Shown in pieces: positions 14,277 to 29,294 of a DNA stretch of 64,000 nt (its first letter is position 1; each line of letters opens with the position of its first letter). The stretch lies in the NCBI RefSeq assembly GCF_009914755.1, contig NC_060939.1. The stretch is one strand, 5' to 3'. Source of the stretch: the human T2T-CHM13v2.0 reference genome, Homo sapiens. The notes under the pieces are model-generated. The model was given only the letters and a program-made list of their open reading frames with translations. It was not told the origin of the DNA and searched no databases. A program made the position numbers and the translations under genes.

Positions 14277-17162
14277 AAATCCTGAATACCACACTACGCA
14301 GTGACTAACACATCTTTCACTACAGAACAGAACCTGTAACTTGGCCGTCTCTCAGCAGTGCTGCTCAGTGAACATTTAATAATTTATTACTTTCTAACTC
14401 GTTTCTTGTTGACCTCAAGAATTGTACATAGTCATTAACTTTCCTAAGAAAATCTTTGACAAACATAGAGCTCCTGAGATATTTCACAACCAGGTGGTCT
14501 CCTCCCTGTCCTATGCAATGTTGGGCCCCAGCCTGATTTAGCCGACCTGGTCTTCAGACTTGAGAGGCTGTTTAGGGTTCTTACAACACAAAGGGGATGA
14601 GACTTTATCCTCTACCTGTCTGCCAACAAGGGATTCTTCTTATCTCCTTGGTGCAACTTGTCTGAAAAAGAAAGTCAACACAATTATCTTCTTAAAAGTT
14701 AAAGATCAAATTAAAAATAAGCTATAGTTTTCCCAAAGATTTAGACCTGAGAAAAAGGAATAGATCTTTCTAAAACCTGGCCTGCACTTAGAGCATTTGT
14801 AGTCACTTCCACTATTTCTTATGCTGAGAGAATAATTTGATGTCATGCCTATTGAATGTCTTTCTAAAGCTTGATTCATCAGGAGGAACTGACCAGAAGT
14901 CCATGCACAGACATTTGGCTTTCACTGTAATTCCTACTCAAAACTCCCTTTCACTGATTATGAGCAGGTTGCTTAGCTAAAATGAGAAATACAGCAAGAA
15001 GAGGGATGGAAAGAGCTGGCTTAAACTTTCCCAAAGACATCATGAACACTGGGAACAGGTCATACATATACCATTTTTATTTCTCAGTCCTCAGTATTAG
15101 AATATTGTGTTCCTAGAGGCTTTGTGAAAATTGGAATACATTGCCATGACCTGCACAGGATAGAGGTGGTTAATATGGCTTACCTTGCTTGTAGATGTTT
15201 ACTCTTGATCCCTAAGGGAAACTGGAAGGAAAGCATGCTGTAGAGAGGACCTGCTTTGAGAGTATGTGTCCTCTGGGACAAGTGGAATGAAAGAGAGGAT
15301 AGAGGCAAAGAGAAAAAAAGGTGGAGATGGGGTGAGACTTGCTGGTGGACAGTTGCAAAGAAAACTCATGATGAGAATAACATCACATTTCTTGAAGAAG
15401 CTGAACTGCATTGATGGGAAGTTGAGGCAGAGTTTGAAAAGAAGATATACTGTCTGCAAAAAAGAATCAACGGAGATGTCAGGTATCTTGATGCACCCTG
15501 AGTCTATGAGATGCAGCTTAATTTAATTTAGTGATATGAGTAGGCCATTTCATAAGTGGTGGAAATTACCATAAAGTGTTTGCAGCTAATGACGGCGCAT
15601 GAATGATGTCATAGGAACCTAAGTCTGGATGAGCTATGGATTGAATTTTTACTATGGGACACCCTTCTACATGTTGCTGTGGAAAAGAATTGTCCTCAAG
15701 AAATGTACATCTTCTGCATTTCCTCTACATCTCTGATATTTACAAAGTGCACATTATTTGGTGATACTACAACTGGGATTTCAAGTGCACATCACTACTA
15801 TTTCCTTCACTGAAGAATCAAGAGCAGTCTGGGGGTGGGGAGAGCTTGAGTGATTGACAAGGATGTGGCAGAGCCCTGGTTCCACTATGAATTATAGTTC
15901 TTACCCTGCTTACTGTCACTCATGTAGAGCAGCTAGTGTGCCTCAGAGCACTGCTGTTCTCTGAGAAGCTGAGGTCTCGATTGACATTCTTGAAGTTGGT
16001 GTTTACTTCTCTCTGAATAAACAAAGGTTGGCAACTCAGACATCTTACAATAAGTACTAAAGATTTTTGAAGAATAGGTTTTTAAAAAATGAAAAAACAT
16101 TTCACTTTCCATAGCTAATAAATCTTATTTTGAGGAAAATGTACTTTTCTTTAAAAAAAAAAAAAAAGCCTGTCTGTCACTCTAGACCCTTTGGCTTAGA
16201 AGGTAGGCACACTCACATAGAAACAGAAAGTCTGTCCAAATTAAAACTGAAAACCACAGTTGACTAATTTTGAATTTATAGCTCTGCTGTTGGCTTCTGC
16301 GATAGTATTAATTTCAATGGCTTCAATTAGAAAATGAAACCCATAGCATTCCATATGAGAACAGGTAAAAAGTCAGGGACATTTGGAGTTTTCCAAGAAA
16401 AAGAAAGACAAGTCTTAGGAAGCTCTCTAGGATGGAAGGAATTTGCCACACTGAGAGTTAGACATCCAAAGGATAGCAATTGGCTCTTCTGCTCATGGGC
16501 ACTGGTGAAGGCATTTTAAAATGCGAAGAATGGTACCTCTGTAAATCAATGAGGTTCATAATAATCATGCATTTACCAAATTTTTATAAGCACCTGCCTT
16601 GTGCCAGGCACTGAGGGTAAGGTGATGAATAAGCCCTCATCAACTGTCAGACTAGATATTTACTCAATAACAGATGTGAAAATGCCAAGAAGGAAAAGTT
16701 GAGTATAAAGAAAGCCTTAAGTTGGTTCAGAGAAATAAAATTGCATTTTTCGGATAGATGTTTATGGAATCGGCCTTATGAGGTAAACTTGTCCTATGCA
16801 GTGAACATACATTCCCAGTTAGTCTCAGATTGGCCTCTGTGATGACAAACTCAGAGGGTCCTGGTCTAGGAGGGGTGAATTTGTCTGGAGGCCATTTTCA
16901 GGAGGTATGGAGGAAGACTGGGGCATAGGCCTGGGGCCATCCCATGTACTCCTCCTCTGAAATGGGGAGCAACTGAATTGTGTTTTATTTTAGATCTTCG
17001 TCCAACTTGAATACCAGAAATTCGTGAAACCTTCTCAAATTCACACTATATTTTGAGACCAGGAGAAGGCTCCTTGAGAAATTGCCACACTGTCTTATCC
17101 TAGTCTCTGGAAAAATTCAGTCCTGTATTATAACTGGGCGTTTCTCATAAGTGCTTTTTTTT

Positions 17163-18679
17163 TTTCTTTTTCTTTTTATAATACTTTAAGTTCTGGGATA
17201 CATGTGCAGAATGTGCAGGTTTGTTACATAGGTATACACGTGCCATGGTGGTTTGCTGCACCCATCAACCCATCATCTACATTAGGTATTTCTCCTAATG
17301 CTACCCCTTCCCTAGCCCCCCACCCCTCGACAGGCCCCAGTGTTTGATGTTCCCCTCCCTGTGTCCATGTGTTCTCATTGTTCAACTCCCACTTATGAGT
17401 GAGAGCATGCGGTGTTTGGTTTTCTGTTCCTGTGTTAGTTTGCTGAGAATGATGGTTTTTGGCTTCATCCACGTCCCTGCAAAGGACATGAACTCATCCT
17501 TTTTATGGCTGCATAGTATTCCATGGTGTATATGTGCCACATTTGCTTTATCCAGTCTATCATTGATGAGCACTTGGGTTGGCTCCAAGTCTTTGCTATT
17601 ATGACTAGTACTGCGATAAACATGTGTATATGTGTCTTTATATTAGAATGATTTATAATCCTTTAGGTCTATACCCAGTAATAGGATTCCTGGGTCAAAT
17701 GGTATTTCTGGTTCTAGATCCTTGAGGAATTGCCACACTGTCTTCCACAACGGTTGAACTAATTTACACTCCCACCAACAGTGTAAAAGCATTCCTATTT
17801 CTCCACATCCTCTCCAACATCTGTTGTTTCCTGACTCTTTAATGACGGCCATTCTAACTGGCGTGAAATGGTATCTCATTGTGGTTTTGATTTGCATTTC
17901 TCTAATGACCACCGATGATGAGCTTTTTCTCATATGTTTGCTGGCCCCATAAATGTCTTCTTTTGAGAAATGTCTGTTCATATCCTTTGCCCACTTTTTG
18001 ATGGGGTTGTTTGCTTTTTTCTTGTAAATTTGTTTGAGTTCCTGGTAGATTCTGGATATTAGCCCTTTGTCAGATGGATAGACTGCAAAAATTTTCTCCC
18101 ATTCTGTAGGTTGCCTGTTCACTCTGATGGTAGTTTCTTTTGCCATGCAGAAGCTGTTTAGTTTAATTAGATCCAATTTGTCAGTTTTGGCTTTTGTTGC
18201 CATTGCTTTTGGTGTTTTAGTCATGAAGTCTTTGCCCATGCCTATGTCCTGAATTGTATTGCCCTGGTTTTCTTCTAGGATTTTTATGGTTTTAGGTCTT
18301 ACATTTAAGTCTTTAATCCATCTTGAATTAATTTTTGTATAAGGTGTAGGGAAAGGGTCCAGTTTCAGTTTTCTGCGTATGGCTAGCCGGTTTTCCCAAC
18401 GTTATTTATTAAATAGGGAATCCTTTCCCCATTGCTTGTTTTTGTCAGGTTTGTCAAAGATCAGACGGTTGTAGATGTGTGGTGTTATTTCTGAGGCCTC
18501 TGTTCTGTTCCATTGGTCTGTATATCTGCTTTGATACCAGTACCGTGCTGTTTTGGTTACTGTAGCCTTGTAGTACAGTTTGAAGTCAGGTAGCGTGATG
18601 CTTTGTTCTTTTTGCTTAGGATTGTCTTGGCTATATGGGCTCTTTTTTGGTTCTATATGAAATTTAAAGTAGTTTTTTC
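17163..18679 (-). mobile_element. L1PA (PA7-like) 3' segment: poly(A), 3'UTR and ORF2 C-terminus
   Basis: Antisense L1 3'UTR; ORF 17643-18239 encodes the ORF2p C-terminus including CWRGCGE..HCWWECK; TSD ATAAGTGCTTTTTTTT at 17147-17162. Confidence 0.95.
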
Positions 18680-20798
<2,119 letters not shown>

Positions 20799-21532
20799 TA
20801 GTATAAGTGCTTTTTTTTAAAAGACAAAGTAAAGTAATTTTTTTGTTGTTGGGGTAAAACAAAAGCTCTGCATAAAGAGCAGGGATGTTGTAACATACAC
20901 TGACCAAAGGTGGGAAACCTACAGTTGGAGCAGAAGCTGAATGTCACATTATCAGCTCCGAACTTATAATGGTCTAAAAGTACTAGGTTAATGTTGGAAA
21001 GATGGTGCCATTTAAAGATATCTTAAATTCAATATTTAATTATTTTAATTTGACATTATCCTAGAGTTGAATGGTGTTTACTTACCATGTGCTGTTCATT
21101 AGAAAATCTAGATCCTACACTGCCTTTGCGCAAGGTAGTTGCTCTAATAATACCAACCTGTCCAGTTTTGGTGGGAGAAATAATGTTACTGTTAAGTTGC
21201 ACTTAGTGGTTATTATGTGTAATACTGGTATTCCAAAGAGAGAAGGAAAATGTTTGCTACACAGCTGTGTTCTTAGGTTCAGAAAACCACAGGAGTGGGA
21301 CAGGAGAACCTTCAGGATTCAGGTCCGATTGTTGTGATGGCCGCAGGAGGGAGACTGTGAATTTGAAACTGCATCCATTGAAAAGAAAATCCCTCCACAC
21401 TTTAATAATTCTCTCCGTGCCCCATGGCAGCAAGTGCTTATAGGCCTTGCTACTCAAAGCTTAATAAAAAGGCAGACCTGCTGAATCATAATCTGCATCT
21501 TAACAATATCCCCAGATATTGTCTGCACTTTC

Positions 21533-21852
21533 TTTTTTTTTTTCTTTCTTTCTTTCTTCTTTTTTTTGAGACAGAGTCTCGCTCAGTCACCCAGGCTGGA
21601 GTGCAGTGGCGCGATCTCGGCTCACTGCAAGCTCTGACTCCCGGGTTCACGCCATTCTCCTGCCTTAGACTCCCGAGTAGCTGGCACTACAGGCGCCCGC
21701 CACTACGCCCGGCTAATTTTTTTGTATTTTTAGTAGAGATGGGGTTTCACCGTGTTAGCCAGGATGGTCTCGATCTCCTGACCTCGTGATCCGCCGCCCA
21801 TCTGGGCCTCCCAAAGTGCTGGGATTACAGGCGTGAGCCACTGCGCCCGGCC
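21533..21852 (-). mobile_element. AluY
   Basis: Antisense AluY; TSD attgtctgcactttc at 21518-21532 and 21854-21868. Confidence 0.96.
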
Positions 21853-22964
21853 AATTGTCTGCACTTTCAAGTCTAAGAAGCACTGTCCCAGGAGGAAAAT
21901 CTTTTTAGTCTGTCTGAGGCTTCTCTCTTGCACTCTCCTTTTTAAAAATATGCTGCTCCTTCTCCACCTTTCCCTCTTCTTCCACCTTTTCTGTCTGCCT
22001 TTACTACCTCCCCTGAACATTCAACTTGTAGAAGAGTTCCCCTTTCTCTGAATTGCATTCTTCACTTCATTCATTCTTTTCTCTCTCTGTCTATGGTTTC
22101 CTATTTTTTGTCGGTTTTCCCTCACCTCACCTCCTTGTTATTTTTTGCCATTGTTCACATATCACTGCCCTTTCAGACCCATATCTAGCTTCTGACCCAT
22201 CCACTAATCCATTGCCACTAATTTATTCAGCATGCCCATGCCATTTATTAATGTAAATATTTGCACATACTTGTTCTATCATGCCCATTTTTCTACCTTT
22301 TAAATTGTATATACACAGACACATGTGAATGACATATTTCACTATTTAAAAGGTAGAAAAATGTATATCGTGGTACAAAGTGATACATTGAGTATCTGTG
22401 CCCAGTTTCAAGATGAGAATAAGTGAGAGGTGAAGCCTCATGAGTCACGTCACCTACACGCTACTGTCTTTCATTCCATCTGCAGTACTGCCACACATTT
22501 GGTTAGTTCTCCAATTGCTGTCACATTGACATCGAGTTGGATCTGAACAGCGTACCTGGGGAGACGAAGTATTGGTATCTTTGCTTAAATGGAGTGATTT
22601 ACTGAGAGACAAAGTGACATCTTTAAGATCAGATAGCAAGTTACTGCACCAGGAGCGCGACCTTTCCTGTTTTGTTGTTTTCCCTCTGTCAAATGCCTTC
22701 TGGTCTCCATGAATCTCTCCTTCCACATATGATAAAAATGCAAAGTCTCATAAGCATTCACAGCTCAGGAAGCCTCAGGCTAGTTGGGGAGAAAAGACTG
22801 GGAGGTTTCCGGAGGAATGAAGTCCTCTGAGCAGAGAGGTTAATTCATCTTGCTGTAAAACAAAATAGAAAATAAGTTCCCCTCAATAAGTGAACGTAAT
22901 ACAAAGACAAATGTGGTTGGTGCCAGAGGCCAGGAAGAAGTTCTTGTGAGAATAGGTGCAGAGA

Positions 22965-23155
22965 AGAGCTAGGCCCTGGCTGAGTTTAAACCTTGACTTA
23001 GTCACTGTGGGACTCTGGGTGAGTTACTCCATGGATTGATGGCTGGGTCATGGAGATAATAGTACCTAATTCATACAGGTACTGTGAGAAGTAAATGGAA
23101 TATTTCACGTTAAGTGTTTAACGGTGCGTTTAAATGCTAGGTGCTATTATTATTA
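22965..23155 (+). mobile_element. MIR just upstream of the exon 2 acceptor
   Basis: gagtttaaacc...ctgtgggactctgggtgagttact...atggagataatagtacctaattcatacagg...tgtgagaagtaaatg. Confidence 0.65.
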
Positions 23156-23216
23156 ATTTTTAAATTAACTTTGCCATGTTTTGTGTCTTCCCCTCTCTGT
23201 GCTTCCTTTCTTTAGT

Positions 23217-23771
23217 ATGAGCCGCACAGCCTACACGGTGGGAGCCCTGCTTCTCCTCTTGGGGACCCTGCTGCCGGCTGCTGAAGGGAAAAAGAAAGGG
23301 TCCCAAGGTGCCATCCCCCCGCCAGACAAGGCCCAGCACAATGACTCAGAGCAGACTCAGTCGCCCCAGCAGCCTGGCTCCAGGAACCGGGGGCGGGGCC
23401 AAGGGCGGGGCACTGCCATGCCCGGGGAGGAGGTGCTGGAGTCCAGCCAAGAGGCCCTGCATGTGACGGAGCGCAAATACCTGAAGCGAGACTGGTGCAA
23501 AACCCAGCCGCTTAAGCAGACCATCCACGAGGAAGGCTGCAACAGTCGCACCATCATCAACCGCTTCTGTTACGGCCAGTGCAACTCTTTCTACATCCCC
23601 AGGCACATCCGGAAGGAGGAAGGTTCCTTTCAGTCCTGCTCCTTCTGCAAGCCCAAGAAATTCACTACCATGATGGTCACACTCAACTGCCCTGAACTAC
23701 AGCCACCTACCAAGAAGAAGAGAGTCACACGTGTGAAGCAGTGTCGTTGCATATCCATCGATTTGGATTAA
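23217..23771 (+). CDS. GREM1: Gremlin-1, DAN/CAN-family cystine-knot BMP antagonist, 184 aa
   Basis: MSRTAYTVGALLLLLGTLLPAAEG signal peptide; N-glycosylation sequon NDS; DAN domain WCKTQPLKQTI...CYGQCNSFYIP...CSFCKP...CRC. The true start is ATG 23217, one nt into exon 2; the 12 extra residues in the ORF track are intronic. Confidence 0.99.
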   Translation: MSRTAYTVGALLLLLGTLLPAAEGKKKGSQGAIPPPDKAQHNDSEQTQSPQQPGSRNRGRGQGRGTAMPGEEVLESSQEALHVTERKYLKRDWCKTQPLKQTIHEEGCNSRTIINRFCYGQCNSFYIPRHIRKEEGSFQSCSFCKPKKFTTMMVTLNCPELQPPTKKKRVTRVKQCRCISIDLD

Positions 23772-26700
23772 GCCAAATCCAGGTGCACCCAGCATGTCCT
23801 AGGAATGCAGCCCCAGGAAGTCCCAGACCTAAAACAACCAGATTCTTACTTGGCTTAAACCTAGAGGCCAGAAGAACCCCCAGCTGCCTCCTGGCAGGAG
23901 CCTGCTTGTGCGTAGTTCGTGTGCATGAGTGTGGATGGGTGCCTGTGGGTGTTTTTAGACACCAGAGAAAACACAGTCTCTGCTAGAGAGCACTCCCTAT
24001 TTTGTAAACATATCTGCTTTAATGGGGATGTACCAGAAACCCACCTCACCCCGGCTCACATCTAAAGGGGCGGGGCCGTGGTCTGGTTCTGACTTTGTGT
24101 TTTTGTGCCCTCCTGGGGACCAGAATCTCCTTTCGGAATGAATGTTCATGGAAGAGGCTCCTCTGAGGGCAAGAGACCTGTTTTAGTGCTGCATTCGACA
24201 TGGAAAAGTCCTTTTAACCTGTGCTTGCATCCTCCTTTCCTCCTCCTCCTCACAATCCATCTCTTCTTAAGTTGATAGTGACTATGTCAGTCTAATCTCT
24301 TGTTTGCCAAGGTTCCTAAATTAATTCACTTAACCATGATGCAAATGTTTTTCATTTTGTGAAGACCCTCCAGACTCTGGGAGAGGCTGGTGTGGGCAAG
24401 GACAAGCAGGATAGTGGAGTGAGAAAGGGAGGGTGGAGGGTGAGGCCAAATCAGGTCCAGCAAAAGTCAGTAGGGACATTGCAGAAGCTTGAAAGGCCAA
24501 TACCAGAACACAGGCTGATGCTTCTGAGAAAGTCTTTTCCTAGTATTTAACAGAACCCAAGTGAACAGAGGAGAAATGAGATTGCCAGAAAGTGATTAAC
24601 TTTGGCCGTTGCAATCTGCTCAAACCTAACACCAAACTGAAAACATAAATACTGACCACTCCTATGTTCGGACCCAAGCAAGTTAGCTAAACCAAACCAA
24701 CTCCTCTGCTTTGTCCCTCAGGTGGAAAAGAGAGGTAGTTTAGAACTCTCTGCATAGGGGTGGGAATTAATCAAAAACCTCAGAGGCTGAAATTCCTAAT
24801 ACCTTTCCTTTATCGTGGTTATAGTCAGCTCATTTCCATTCCACTATTTCCCATAATGCTTCTGAGAGCCACTAACTTGATTGATAAAGATCCTGCCTCT
24901 GCTGAGTGTACCTGACAGTAGTCTAAGATGAGAGAGTTTAGGGACTACTCTGTTTTAGCAAGAGATATTGTGGGGGTCTTTTTGTTTTAACTATTGTCAG
25001 GAGATTGGGCTAAAGAGAAGACGACGAGAGTAAGGAAATAAAGGGAATTGCCTCTGGCTAGAGAGTAGTTAGGTGTTAATACCTGGTAGAGATGTAAGGG
25101 ATATGACCTCCCTTTCTTTATGTGCTCACTGAGGATCTGAGGGGACCCTGTTAGGAGAGCATAGCATCATGATGTATTAGCTGTTCATCTGCTACTGGTT
25201 GGATGGACATAACTATTGTAACTATTCAGTATTTACTGGTAGGCACTGTCCTCTGATTAAACTTGGCCTACTGGCAATGGCTACTTAGGATTGATCTAAG
25301 GGCCAAAGTGCAGGGTGGGTGAACTTTATTGTACTTTGGATTTGGTTAACCTGTTTTCTTCAAGCCTGAGGTTTTATATACAAACTCCCTGAATACTCTT
25401 TTTGCCTTGTATCTTCTCAGCCTCCTAGCCAAGTCCTATGTAATATGGAAAACAAACACTGCAGACTTGAGATTCAGTTGCCGATCAAGGCTCTGGCATT
25501 CAGAGAACCCTTGCAACTCGAGAAGCTGTTTTTATTTCGTTTTTGTTTTGATCCAGTGCTCTCCCATCTAACAACTAAACAGGAGCCATTTCAAGGCGGG
25601 AGATATTTTAAACACCCAAAATGTTGGGTCTGATTTTCAAACTTTTAAACTCACTACTGATGATTCTCACGCTAGGCGAATTTGTCCAAACACATAGTGT
25701 GTGTGTTTTGTATACACTGTATGACCCCACCCCAAATCTTTGTATTGTCCACATTCTCCAACAATAAAGCACAGAGTGGATTTAATTAAGCACACAAATG
25801 CTAAGGCAGAATTTTGAGGGTGGGAGAGAAGAAAAGGGAAAGAAGCTGAAAATGTAAAACCACACCAGGGAGGAAAAATGACATTCAGAACCAGCAAACA
25901 CTGAATTTCTCTTGTTGTTTTAACTCTGCCACAAGAATGCAATTTCGTTAACGGAGATGACTTAAGTTGGCAGCAGTAATCTTCTTTTAGGAGCTTGTAC
26001 CACAGTCTTGCACATAAGTGCAGATTTGGCTCAAGTAAAGAGAATTTCCTCAACACTAACTTCACTGGGATAATCAGCAGCGTAACTACCCTAAAAGCAT
26101 ATCACTAGCCAAAGAGGGAAATATCTGTTCTTCTTACTGTGCCTATATTAAGACTAGTACAAATGTGGTGTGTCTTCCAACTTTCATTGAAAATGCCATA
26201 TCTATACCATATTTTATTCGAGTCACTGATGATGTAATGATATATTTTTTCATTATTATAGTAGAATATTTTTATGGCAAGATATTTGTGGTCTTGATCA
26301 TACCTATTAAAATAATGCCAAACACCAAATATGAATTTTATGATGTACACTTTGTGCTTGGCATTAAAAGAAAAAAACACACATCCTGGAAGTCTGTAAG
26401 TTGTTTTTTGTTACTGTAGGTCTTCAAAGTTAAGAGTGTAAGTGAAAAATCTGGAGGAGAGGATAATTTCCACTGTGTGGAATGTGAATAGTTAAATGAA
26501 AAGTTATGGTTATTTAATGTAATTATTACTTCAAATCCTTTGGTCACTGTGATTTCAAGCATGTTTTCTTTTTCTCCTTTATATGACTTTCTCTGAGTTG
26601 GGCAAAGAAGAAGCTGACACACCGTATGTTGTTAGAGTCTTTTATCTGGTCAGGGGAAACAAAATCTTGACCCAGCTGAACATGTCTTCCTGAGTCAGTG

Positions 26701-27195
26701 CCTGAATCTTTATTTTTTAAATTGAATGTTCCTTAAAGGTTAACATTTCTAAAGCAATATTAAGAAAGACTTTAAATGTTATTTTGGAAGACTTACGATG
26801 CATGTATACAAACGAATAGCAGATAATGATGACTAGTTCACACATAAAGTCCTTTTAAGGAGAAAATCTAAAATGAAAAGTGGATAAACAGAACATTTAT
26901 AAGTGATCAGTTAATGCCTAAGAGTGAAAGTAGTTCTATTGACATTCCTCAAGATATTTAATATCAACTGCATTATGTATTATGTCTGCTTAAATCATTT
27001 AAAAACGGCAAAGAATTATATAGACTATGAGGTACCTTGCTGTGTAGGAGGATGAAAGGGGAGTTGATAGTCTCATAAAACTAATTTGGCTTCAAGTTTC
27101 ATGAATCTGTAACTAGAATTTAATTTTCACCCCAATAATGTTCTATATAGCCTTTGCTAAAGAGCAACTAATAAATTAAACCTATTCTTTCTGTG
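23772..27195 (+). other. GREM1: GREM1 3'UTR (proximal, major form)
   Basis: Repeat-free AT-rich stretch from the stop codon to a poly(A) signal with a GU-rich downstream element. Confidence 0.85.
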
Positions 27196-27222
27196 TGTGT
27201 GAGCGTGCGTTTGTGTTTGGTA
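27170..27222 (+). terminator. GREM1: GREM1 poly(A) signal (overlapping AATAAA/ATTAAA, 27170-27180) plus GU-rich downstream element
   Basis: aataaattaaa followed by ctgtgtgtgtgagcgtgcgtttgtgtttgg. Confidence 0.85.
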
Positions 27223-27789
27223 GTGTTCCTAGGGCAGAGGTGGAGCAGGGATGCACTTATCATGGGAAGGGAGGTAGAAAAGAGAATTGGATAGCCTGTG
27301 ATCTTTGGTGGAATTTATTCCTTTTGCCTAGGCCTTTCAGACCCTGCTTGATTTCCGTAGGACACTTCAGGTTGTGGCAAGGGAGAGCTGGTCTGCAATC
27401 GGAAGTACCAGCCTCTTCCCTAGAGCACAACTAGAAAGAAGAACTATAGAGTGTTATAAGGGAGGCCCTGAGATGGAAGGACCATCACACAGAAATGATA
27501 ATAACTTCATTTCAGGGTGTTCCAGGGGAAAAGCAGGAGAAAGATTTGGGGCTCAGTAGAAGGAAAAGCTTCCTAGTGATAAGAGTGATTGGCAATACCA
27601 TGAGGTACCTTTAAAAGATAGTGAACTCCTGTCCTTGGAAATATTAAACCACAGGCTAGATATCATTTAATAGGGATGTGAAGTAGAGTAAGTCACTGCC
27701 CTTGGTGTGCAATTGTGAACTTGTCAATTTCTGAGGTCCCTTTCTACTTAGATATATAATACAAGATTTCTATTAGGTATGGGTGCTCT

Positions 27790-27935
27790 GATGATAATGA
27801 AAATCCCAGCAGCTATGTATGGGATGGTTACACCAGACACTGTGCTAAGGATTTTCTTTGAATTGTTTCTCACTCAATCTTCACGGTAGCTCAGTGAGGT
27901 AGGTACCATTATCACTGCTAGAAAGCAGTGAACTT
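27790..27935 (-). mobile_element. MIR fragment
   Basis: accagacactgtgctaagg...tcactcaatcttcac...tgaggtaggtaccattatc. Confidence 0.55.
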
Positions 27936-28324
27936 ATATGGTCTTACTGTGGCACTGGGTCCTTAAACATTATGCAAAACTGTGAGCAACTTTTATCGGT
28001 TTGTTCTTTAAGAACATAACACAGCACTCTAAAAATAGATCTAACTAGATTGTTCACATCTAGCGATTAAGGCCACCCTGAGATTATAGCTGCATCATCA
28101 GGAACCCAAGATCTGAAGCATTCAGTCAAAGCCTCTTGGCCACCTCTCTTTTTGTCATGGCCTTCTTGGACTTGGAGGGGGAGAATGGAAGCAAGTACCA
28201 AGGAGAAAGTGTTCTCAGAAAAGCCACACCCATTAGAAAAATACAAGGCCTGAAAGGTGTGAGTGGGACTTGACACGGAAGAGCATTTCAAGCTTAAGAA
28301 AAAAAAAAAAAAAGAAGAATGTGG

Positions 28325-29285
28325 GAGGATGTCAGCAACAATGCTTGAGATTCCCTGGTCCCCCAAAGAGTCTCTCCTCCATAAAACTAATGAGAATGTG
28401 ACAAAAATAGATTCAACTTCTTATAGCTCTGGAAATTAACTGAAGATGTATAGCAATTTGCAGAGCATTTATTCAAGAAAAAGACTAAATCTCTGTGAGC
28501 ACTGTGATATTGTAACTTGCACTACTCTCATCTCCCCCTCTCCAGCTCCACAATAGCTTTGAAACCAACAGCCTGCAATTACCATGAAAATCAGCAGTCT
28601 GGCAGCCACTGAAGGTGACAGAATGGAGTTGGAGTTCTTTCAAAGTCCCATTCCTAGACAATTGTCACTATTTGACCTGTTTGGCAGGCCCTGGAAGCTC
28701 CACTTGCAAGGCTATATTTGACCTGACTGGAAGCTTCCCAGGGTAAAAAACTTTGTCAAAACAACTAGAGGCAATTGATTCTCTTTGTGGCTGCCTGGGG
28801 TAATGTATAACAGTTGGGGAAAGCAATTGGCTAAATAAAAAGCCTAAAAGGAGAAGCTGGAAAAAGAGATTTTCATAGGGACTTTGAAAAGCTCCAAAGT
28901 GTTATTGGCAATCTAGACTGCCAAATGCATAAATAGGACTCCATCCATGCCCAGGACTGTGCAGATGCTCAGGAAAAACCCAAGAAAGCCTTAAGCTCTC
29001 ACTTCAAGCTGATCTTGAGGCTCTGCACAAGCCATAAGTAAAGGGAATGCAGAGTTGTCAATTGCATGGCGGAGTGTTGAGTGTGCCTCAGCATTCACAC
29101 AGAGCTCCTTGGCAGAGACTGGTTGAATTATTGATTCCATGTGTTTGAGGAAATCCGTGTACAACTATTAGATGACTACTAACCAAGCAGAGACTTCAGT
29201 GTCCACACACAACAAAAAATACAGACTTTACAGAATTAGTTCAGAAAAGTCATTAAACAAAGAAACAACAACAAACCCTGGGGAA
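28325..29285 (+). mobile_element. Old L1M 5' region
   Basis: ctctggaaattaac...gcatttattcaagaaaa...cagactttacagaattagttcagaaaagtca typical of L1MC/MD 5' ends. Confidence 0.55.
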
Positions 29286-29294
29286 ATGACAGTA

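Noticed and set aside
23181-23216. 12-residue N-terminal extension in the ORF track (196 aa)
   Set aside because: It is the intronic polypyrimidine tract with a TTG start; removed by splicing
23346-23606. Antisense ORFs over the GREM1 CDS
   Set aside because: Shadow frames of a GC-rich coding region
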